Shown: positions 54,107 to 64,000 of the stretch, in pieces | Layout: every line of letters begins with the position of its first letter | Position numbering within the stretch: the first letter of the stretch is position 1 | Origin: Eledone cirrhosa | Taxonomy: Eukaryota | Length of the DNA: 64,000 nt | NCBI GenBank assembly: GCA_964016885.1 | Contig: OZ024742.1 | Location: 67,890,001 to 67,954,000 of the forward strand | Reading direction: 5' to 3' | Notes under the pieces: model-generated | Told to the model about the DNA's origin: nothing | The model's input: only the letters and a program-made list of their open reading frames with translations | Database searches by the model: none | Program-made: the position numbers and the translations under genes

Positions 54107-55336
54107 ACATACATACATACATACATACATACATACATACATACATACATACATACATACATACATACATACATACGTGTGAATTTTCTATCTTGAAATA
54201 TATTTCCGTATCTCCATATATACCACAAGATATAAGAAAACAGATGTTGCTTTTCATATTTTTTAAGAATATAACTTTCAAGAATAAAACAGAATTACAA
54301 ACAAATAAAAATAATAATTCATGAAAGGTTGGAAGATATATCATTATGGCATCCATCCAAATGTACAATAGTGTTGTCGGTTATTGGTTGTTGGGTGATG
54401 TCAGAGATTTAGTGGTGATGTTTTTGTTGAGGGTGTGGTTACTGGTTGTTGTTGTGTAGGTGCTTCCAGGTTTGATGATGGGGATAGTGTAGTTGTGGTG
54501 GTGATGTTGATGATGACTGAAATTCTTTTTGATTGATTTTGTTGCTTACGCTGTTGTTCTAGTTAATGTTTAGCTCCAAATCCTCGCTGATTAAACAGGC
54601 ATATTATCAACCGTATTCCAGCTGTGTCCAATCCGTGCATATCATGGATTACATTATCCTATATATCCTTCTTAATTCATGATGGCCGGAGTAAATCTGA
54701 CAGGCCTTTATAACAGGTCGAATAACCACGTAGACGCTTACTTGTCTTAGGATTGATGTTTAGCTTCCTTGCAATGCTTTTTGAATAAAACAAAGATCTC
54801 AAGGTGTATTCAGGCCAAGAGCATCTCGTATTTCTGAGGGGTCGGGCTCAACAATTATGTACACCCGAATATAATATTTCTTTTTTTTTTTAATTTGTCA
54901 GGCAGCATCGTGTAATTTAAGATATATATGTGATTGTTATTTCCCTCAGGTCGTGTGACCCATTGAAATATTGCTGACAGTAGTGGTATTGCTGAAGAGG
55001 ACGTCGTCGGATTATTATGAGTTGCAATGGTATTTCTGGTGGTGACGAAGTGATAACGACATTAATATCTCCCTCCAATCTCACCCTCAACAATATTCAA
55101 AGACATCCCTTTAGCTTTCACATTGAAATCTCAACCAATTCGAATACGAAATATAGTTAAAATGTTTATTTAAATTTAAAAAATAAATTCATTTTAGATA
55201 TTTCTTTAATGCTGATAGCCTGTTTACATTTTCAGATGTTTAATGTTTGATAAGATTGTTGTAGTTTATTCTTGTTGTTTTTTTTTTTACTTTTTATTGA
55301 TCTGGTGTAGAGGTAGCGGGTAAGCTCATTACTTAC

Positions 55337-55403
55337 ATAGACCTTCTGAGATCATTGAGATCGACTGAGTTAATGTATTTCTCGAATAGCTGAACATTTC
55401 CAG
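55337..55403 (-). other. Candidate 67 bp exon of a host gene
   Basis: Minus strand cttctgcag|CTGGAAATG...GGTCTAT|gtaagt. Two frames are open (e.g. GNVQLFEKYINSVDLNDLRRS). No homology recognised. Confidence 0.3.
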
Positions 55404-55613
55404 CTGCAGAAGATATATTTTGTTATTCTTATTTTTGTACATTCCGTTGTTATTTATCGTCTTACTGTTGTTATCCTTGAAACGTTGATGTTTTATTGTT
55501 GCTACTGTTGTTGGAATAGAGAGTAGAATGTGGCTGAAGTTATAACAGATTTTCATATCGATTAATTCAGTAACTTTACATAGATTTGATTTTATTTTTA
55601 AATAGATCTCCTG

Positions 55614-55830
55614 GCAATAACGTAGTTTCAGATTCAATATCACTGCGTGGATTTATGAGCAAGTGTCTTCTTTTATAACGTTAGGTTCAACATGGCCTTC
55701 GCAATAACGTGGTTTCAGATTCGGTGTCACTGTGTGGAGTTATGAGCAAGTGTCTTCTAGTATAACATTAGGCTCAACATGGCCTTCAAATTCCGTAGAC
55801 GAAAACAGCGTAGATACCCGTCGTATGTAT
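55614..55830 (+). repeat. 87 bp tandem duplication inside a decayed SINE of a second family
   Basis: gcaataacgt...cactgcgtgg...gcaagtgtcttct...caacatggccttc at 55614 and 55701, then gtagacgaaaac...cccgtcgtat. Confidence 0.75.
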
Positions 55831-57980
55831 ATGTGTATATATAGATTATATTTGTTTATGTCCCGCAACTTCGTGATTCATCAACAAAAGATCAAAAATA
55901 TAAGTAACATATTCGAGAAAAAAATCTGTATTGAAGACGATATCATTGAATTAAACGGGGTGCTCCAACATGATCGTAGTGATTTTTGAACATTTACTTC
56001 CTATGTTTAGCAAGTCCAGTGAATACATACTAACCACTCGTCACAAACACACAGACCAATAAATATGCCGCTTTCTTACATACCAACTACAAGCATTTGC
56101 ACACATGCCTACAAACACACTGACTCATGAATGCACACACACTGTTACCCTTACACACGCCTTCACGTATACTGAACTTATACTCACATATGTTCTCTTT
56201 TTACCATATTATATATATATATATATATATACACTCACACATGCTCACACATGACTACATTCGTATAAGACACATTTTCACAGACATATAATTTAACAAG
56301 AATGCATGTGTTCATCCTTGGCTTAAAATGGATAGAATTTATATTATACTGCGCAATATACACTTCCGAAAATACAAATTTGTATACATATTGCACCGTA
56401 CAATCAGAGAAAATTCTGATACTAAATACGTAAACATATCAATTCAGAATATACTCTGATATAGTAATGAACCATGTCACGCTACTATTGAGCGACAATG
56501 TTATATTACTCTCAGTTTAGACAAAGCGATTGTTACAGGCGTTAAATAGTTCAGTGATTTTATAATGGATGTGTAGTGAAACTAAAGGTTTCAAGCAGCT
56601 TATTTTTTTTTATAATCTAGAAATCCTATTCTATTTACATTTCCAATGCATAATTGGTTAAAAACCAATAGGACGTAACGAAAAGATATTACACAGCTTG
56701 AACCTACAGCAATTCATCGTCAAAATAACATCAAAAACACAAAGTAATAAAAAGAAAAAAATAAGATGAAACTTTTATTGCTTACAGATTGAATGAAAAG
56801 GGTTCTATATTATAGAAGCTAAATTCAACTAACCAGAACCGATATTTAGAGATAATAATATCGAATTTATAAACGGCAAGTGAAGGATATTTTAAAAGTA
56901 TTCGGAACTGAATGAAACGAAAGCTACAATTTCGCCATTTATATAAAAAACTAGACATGCCATATTTACTTCGTTTTGCGATGATTATCGAATAGCGAAA
57001 CCATGCAATTTACAATTTCAGAATATTTATAAAGTCACTTGTAGGTAAAAACGCCAAATGAAATTTTGTCTTGGTGAAACTGAGATAATAAGACGGGTTA
57101 AAATGAGCTCAACATTACCCTTTCCCCTGGATGAATCTACAGTCGTTGCTGGGTTAGTAGTTTGCATGTATGTATGTGCTATATTTATGGAGGCTTCATT
57201 AAATAAGAACTATTAATATGACAGCATTTGAAATGCACTTCTTCAATGACAGCAATATTTCATTTAATAAATTTATGCACGTAAAAAGTGGAATTTCTTC
57301 TATCCATTTTCACATATTTACGTTGATAAACCTGCAGTTATGGTAACTTACTCTATTTCAGAATATTACAGAATAATACGTATGCAGATTATATCTAATG
57401 CTATCTGCCTTGCCAAGCAAGTTTATGCCTTATAATTTAAAATTAGTAGTCATCATTGCTGTAAAACTGGCCAGTTCTACTTAATCGCTATGTCTAAATG
57501 CAAGAACACTCAGTTTATTAGGATAAAATACGGAATGTATGTGTGAAGCCTTATTGCTATATATTTAAGTTCGCTAAAACTTTTACGGATGTCTTTGGCA
57601 TTGTTGTTCTGATTTCAAGCGTTATTTTCAACTACATTCAAACAACACGATCAGTGCTGGGAGGAAACAATTATATATCTTTGCAATATATTCACCTATT
57701 GAATGAAGTAAATCTGTAATCCAGGGGCACCAAAACAACATTTTATGGAATACAAAATTAAAATTAATACACTTATGTGTAAACTAAAATTTCCGGGAAG
57801 TTCTGTAGCTAAGGATTATTCCGAGTGTTTTGAAACACTTATTTTGCATTTTTTACAGCCAAACAGTATTTCACCGAGTCAAAATAAGAACAGTTCAATT
57901 TTGAGTCATTAACTGTACAAGCAAGTGAAAGACAGCTGGCTAAACGGAAAGAAGCTCCCACGCGAATATAAAGAGTGAAA

Positions 57981-58665
57981 GTCAGTGTTGAACAAACGAG
58001 CAACGGTGGTTGCTAGACACTACGGCTTAATACGGGATGTTTGTTTACAAACACACCGAAGATTATAATAAATGTTCCGTAAATCCATACGTACATATAT
58101 ATATGTGTGCATGTATGTATATCTATATACATGCTACTGTACGTTTGTATACATATATGTATGTACGTATACATACTTATATTTAAGTAACAGCCGTACT
58201 AATTGTGGGAAATGAATTTCGTTTCATTTTTTCCGTTTATCGTTTTCGGTGCACCTGGCCGATTAACCCACTCGATATGCAAATTGGGCTACTCAGCCGT
58301 TAATATGCATAAGGAAAGTATATACTTTCGGACGTTCAACTATCTGGCAGGAAGGTGTACGTTGCTGACGATAGCTAACAAGCTTGAAACTAGTACAGCG
58401 TTCCTTTGTCAGTGTTGAACAAACGAGCAACGGTGGTTGCTAGACACTACGGCTTAATACGGGATGTTTGTTTACAAACACACCGAACATTATAATACAT
58501 GTTTGGTGAATCCATACGTACATATATATATGTGTGCATGTATGTATATATATATATACATACTACTGTACGTCTGTATACATATATGTATGTACGTGTA
58601 CATACTTATATTTAAGTAACAGCCGTACTAAGAGTGAGAAATGAAATTTCGTTTCATTTTTTCCG
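57981..58665. repeat. ~255 bp direct duplication (period 427)
   Basis: 57981-58235 recurs at 58408-58665. Confidence 0.9.
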
Positions 58666-59479
58666 AATATAGCAAAGCATTTTATATCAAAATCAAAATT
58701 CCGACAAATGGGACTGACAACATTTCGGATTGCATCATTAATGGAGTATCCTACTTCAAACAGAAACGATTTATGATTTAATGGAATTTCCAACTATATA
58801 TTTATATGAAAGAACGTTTTCACTGTGCAAAATACCAAAAAACAAATTTCATCTGTGATTACAAGGAACTGCGTTGCCAAAGTACATCATATTCATTAAA
58901 CTTTGATAAATTAATTACAATTGTGTATGTTTCAAACCATAAATGTAAGACTTGTATGTATATTATGCAAACACAACGTCATCGGAAATCCTATGGACAG
59001 TATGGATATTATATATGTTTAGATATATTTTAGGCACCAAAGCATTTCCCCAAATTGGCAGGACTGTTTGAAAAAATACTATATAAAAGTGTTCTGCAAG
59101 AGAGATAATAAAGTGAATTGAGTTAATTATGCTATTGTATTTTTGGCATGGGCTTGGTCGATTATGATAAGCAGGCTTTGCTCTTGTATTGCGAATATGA
59201 ATCCTTCTAACTCTGTTTTCAGTCCTAAATTCCTCATCTACTGATTGGTTGTTTTACTGTCTAAAACGGCATCTTTTCTGAGGTTTTGATCCCATCAATA
59301 TTCTTGACCCTGTATGTTTGCTAGTCTTTATCTGTTGTTCACTTATATCAATGTATGTAGAGAGTACAATGACATATTTTTTATATTCTTTTACAATTGA
59401 GAGGCTTTCCTTCGCGTTTTAAAATATTTTGCAGCATCTAATACTTTGTAAATTCTAGATATCTAAACATCTATTTTCT

Positions 59480-61880
59480 TATTGTATAATACTACAGTTG
59501 AATTTGTGTGTTCCGCTGCCATACCTCATTCCTTGCAGATACAGGCAATTAACATATGCGTTGGGATGGTACATTTTGTTGTGTGGGGTGGGCCTGGAAT
59601 GGAAGGCGTGATGGTAGTGCTGTTTAGGAAATGTCTGGATAATGCGTACGAACAGTCTTCCTGGACACGGACATTAAGTTGTTGGTCCTAGATGTGAGCA
59701 ATAGTAAATGAGGTGATTTTAGAATGGTGGCCGTTTATAACCCAACTGGGGCAGGACAGACAGATTTGTTCAGGTTTCTGGAAGCCTTTCTTGCAATGTC
59801 GCATCCTTAGTGTAAGCGGGGTAATGAAATGGCATATTAGAGAAAGACTAAGTTTGTGAGAGTACCGCTCTCTGACTAGCACCGACTAGATTTCCCAAAT
59901 GTGGCAGTATGGATATGAGGCAATCGCGTAGAGTCATCTAAATGCTACTTTGATAGCCTTTCCATTAGGTTAGCTGTTAGAACTAGCATATGCTGTTCAC
60001 AACAACAAATGGTCACCCATTCAGACCAAAATGTGTGATATGCATGGTCGACAAAGCAGAACACGTAGACAGTGACCTGGTTACTGGTAGCTTAACGCGT
60101 CCTTCTTGGCGTGTAAAGACTCCATAAACTGGATCAGTGTATTCAGTAAGCAATAGTTTACTGGGGGAATCGTAAACAACAGTTGGTGGCGCGCTCTCAA
60201 GAGAGCGATTAAAATAGAATCAATAGCTTTTAGTAAATAAGAAGCAATAGAAGAAATAGAGCAGAATGAGAGTCAGTCGCTAAGCTAGAAGAAGGTATCA
60301 GCAGTGCAATGACATTGCAAACGACGTGATAGCTGCGAAAATGTCCCTAGACCATTTCGTCAACGTGAAATACGAAGGTTGTACTGCCAGAGCTAAGACA
60401 CGTATTCTACGACACGCACGGGCGAAAGCTGTTCGATGAGCCTGAAAGGCAGAAAGACAGTTTGGCAAAAAGAGAGAATTCGGTCTTTGATGAAACAAAA
60501 TAGACTCGAACTTTTTGATTCCAGGCAGATGTGCCCGGCTTTCCAGCGCAATTTGCAAAACTTTTGGGAACAAGCGGGAGTATGGGCAGGGTGGCGAGCC
60601 CTCGTTGGATGATGCAGAGTGCTGTAAAGAGCCAAAAACAGCAGTCGAGATTCCGGAAGCCCTAAGCAGCTGTACGAGGCGCAATCTTCCCGGCTTGAGT
60701 AGACTATCTTACGAATTGTCATGCCAGATTTGTTCTCCGATCTCCTCGAAGGTGTCTGATGCAAATGGCAGTAGAAGAGAAGAATTCCCTGCACTGCGAC
60801 TCAGGGTACGGTAACGCTGATGAGGAAAGATGCGAACAAGGGGGAAGTTCTAGATAATTTCCGGCCCATAACTCTGCTTAACAGTTTAAGATTTTGACAT
60901 TCTGTGTGGAAGGCTGGGTATTCCATGGCTGATAGTTCCCAAACCTGTTATGATGCTAATGCTACGTAGATTCTTTTAACGGTTAACAGGTGAAGTCAGC
61001 CATTGCCAGGCACGTGTTTCCGCAGCTCGACTCTTTGAATGAGCAGCGGCATGCATAAACCAAGACTGGCATTCTATACAAGACCAGTGCTGGCAAGAGC
61101 GACAACGTTCTCGAAAAAACTCTAGTCGTCGACGAGATCGATCTAACAGGTCTATTCTGGAGAACTTTCGGTCCGGGGATTATGGACAATTATTTGGCGT
61201 GTGAGTGCTACCGGAAAGCCCAGTTGGTTCGAGACAATTACTACAAATACGGAACTATGGACAAACAATCCTGTCCCAGGTGTGTGCAGAGCGACTAAAC
61301 TGAACTGTAGGCACTCTACCAGTGCCTGGATATTGCAAAACTATGGAGTTTTGTGGAACAGCTATTGTCGCTTTTGGCCTGGAAGGACAGCCATCCTTCC
61401 ACTTTATGGTGGATTTGATGAAACGTGTTGTGGATGCGACTAAAATGACTAAAGACGGGCACCGTCTGCATTTACCAAGCCCTCATTTATTTTTCAAGTT
61501 CCACTTGCAGAGGGAGTTAAAGATGAAGAGAGAAGTGCTTCCCCCACTTCCTAGTAAATTTTTTAAAAGGTGGATGGATGTAGCAAATTTGGTTTGAGCG
61601 AATACGCCTACACTAAACATACGCCAATAGACTGGAGAGTTTAGAAAGAAGTGGGACATCTTCCCCTGATGCTCTTGGCGATTATGGTGGCTTAGGATCT
61701 GTGGAGTTCCTTAGTTACGCCTGGGTGCTATTCCCACTCATTGAGGAATTTTATTATCAATGTGTTGTTGATTGTTGCTCATTATCTTTTTCCAAAATGT
61801 TAATGTAAATCTCCACTGTCCCAGTTTGTATTGTGTTTATGCTTCAGCCCTAATGGCCAATAAAGAAATTATTATTGTTA
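59480..61880 (+). mobile_element. Decayed L1/Tx1-like LINE with internal deletion of most of the RT
   Basis: GC-richer block with DNFRPITLLN..FKIL at ~60853, a CPRC..H/C zinc-knuckle relic at ~61272, and a 3' aataaagaaattattatt tail. Confidence 0.65.
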
Positions 61881-62315
61881 GACTTGTTTATACACATGTT
61901 ATTATTTTTCATCTCATTTTTATTGCTGCCGTAATTATTATTTTTATGTTGCTTTTCATATATTTTCCTTTAAAATTGATACGACGATAGTTTTGTTTTT
62001 GCTGTTATTGTGCTGTTGTATTCCTTGAACCCATTGTTATTTTTGTCGTTCTTAATTATCTCGTTTATAATGTTACTCTTACTACTTCTTCTCTTGTCAA
62101 TGCCATTGTTAGACGTATTTTGCTGTTTGTCTCTGCTGAAATGTTCATTTGTTGATTATGTTTTTTTATTAACGAAGCATCAACAACGTTTTGTGGCACG
62201 CTTTTTCGGAAACATACACTTGTTATTATTGTTGATATTGTTATTGTTGATTACAGTTATATTAAATATTCTATATTCAATTAAAACAAAACAATATCAT
62301 CATTACCAACAAAAG

Positions 62316-62316
<1 letters not shown>

Positions 62317-62360
<44 letters not shown>
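62317..62360. repeat. (CAA)n microsatellite
   Basis: Direct reading. Confidence 0.95.
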
Positions 62361-62361
<1 letters not shown>

Positions 62362-64000
62362 GCAATGAGAACAAAAACATCATATCCTTGCGTTTTCTCT
62401 TCAATCATTCTTCGTTAACACCCACAGCATGATAATGATGATGATGATGATTACGATCATCATCATCATCGTTGTCATCCTCATCTACAACAGCAAAGAC
62501 GATAATAAAGTAAAACGTTTTTTAGACTTTCCCTTCAGTACCCACAGTAAAATGAAAATGAATTTCAAGGAATTAATACAACAGGGGAATCAGTAGAAGC
62601 AGCTACAAACATCGTCAACAACAACGAAAACAATAAGAGCCACTGCAACAAATTATTGCCTTTCATAAGACGTTGCCGTTTCTTCCACGTTTCCAAAAGA
62701 TCAACAAACTCAAAAATAGCAATTAACTAAACAAAATAAATTAGATTTCAGGTGTGGCAGGAATGAATTTCCAATTCCGAAGACAAAAATCTACGTTTTA
62801 TGTCTTTCAAGATAGAAAAATTTAATTCCAATTTTTTTTTTCAAAATGCAATCAGTATTAACGACTAAAATATTCCTTACTCTTTATTTTTTGTGCTTGT
62901 AGAGTTTTTATCCTAAACATTATATTCTTCTCTTACCTTTCTATTCTATTTTTTTTTATTATATTCCTCATCAAATTTTCTAAATAAGCCCATACTGCCA
63001 CAAACATGTTTCTTTCTGTATCAATTGATTTTTTTCTTTCATTGAAAAAACGCAACACGTTATATATATATATGTTTGTGTGAATGTATATATGTGTATG
63101 TGTGTGCGTGCACATATGTGCGTATTCAACTACACACTCGCACACAGTGATATAAGAGTGTGTGTCAGTGTGTATACATGTATGTTTGTGTAAATCTTTT
63201 AAAATTGTTTAAGATAAATAAACCCACTAAAGGAGCACCGGAGTAATACATATGTAGTTTGGTCTAAATTTGCGGTTTCTGTGATTGTATATTTGGTATA
63301 TTATTGGATCGCCAAGTATGAAATTTGTAGAAATGTTTAGAAGAAAGAAGAAATTTTTACAAATTTCATACCTGACGACCCAATACATTATCTATATATT
63401 AATTTCAACAACGTCAGTATTCCGTGTGTTAATTCTCGATTATCATTGGTTCATAGGTTTCAAACGACTCCGCCCACCTCAACGACGCCAAACTTAAATT
63501 AATACGCATAATGCCAATGAGGGAGTGCGAGGGGAGAGTAAGAAACAGAGAGGCAAAGTGAACGCTGTAACTATTACCATGTGTGCGTGTGTATGTATGT
63601 GCGCGTATGTTTATGTGTGTATGCGTGCGTGCAGCGTTCCACTGAAAGTAAAAACTATCAACATGTGTGAGTGTGTAAGTGTGTGTAAGTGCACGGGTGC
63701 GTGTGTAAGTTTGCGTGCGTGTGCGCGTTTCCATGCGTGTATGTGTGTGTACGTGGGGCGTTCCATAATCGCCACTCAGTTTATCTGTCTGTGTGTCTGT
63801 CTGTCAGTCTAACATACACAGAATTGTGAAGGGAATAAATAGGGACCTTTTTTTACATTGACGGATATCTTTTATATTTATTATTGTGTTATTTTTTGAC
63901 AATTGTTCGAAATGAATACTGATAATAAAAGAAATTCGACTTTATCAAACAGTGAACTACAGCGACGATGGCGTGCAGCCACCAATGAAGAAAAACGGGT

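Overview
AT-rich, gene-poor eukaryotic DNA, probably from an octopod cephalopod (inferred from a recurrent tRNA-derived SINE and the repeat landscape). No intact protein-coding gene is visible, and most short ORFs in the track are microsatellite artefacts. Recognisable mobile elements are Penelope-like elements (PLEs; RT plus GIY-YIG), R4/Dong-type REL LINEs with (CATA)n 3' ends, RTE and L1/Tx1-type LINE relics, a Chapaev3-type DNA transposon nested in an RTE, a non-autonomous Helitron, a Tc1/mariner MITE and about a dozen SINE copies. The most striking pattern is a set of mostly non-coding cassettes of 0.2-3.6 kb bounded by (TA)n microsatellites. Many carry minimal type I hammerhead ribozymes (7 well-formed copies from 5 unrelated families, 2 families with the compensatory U3-A8 core) and/or are built as fold-back inversions, several with breakpoints at or near the hammerhead core. 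I interpret this as a (TA)n-associated PLE/retrozyme-like system. All coordinates were read by eye.
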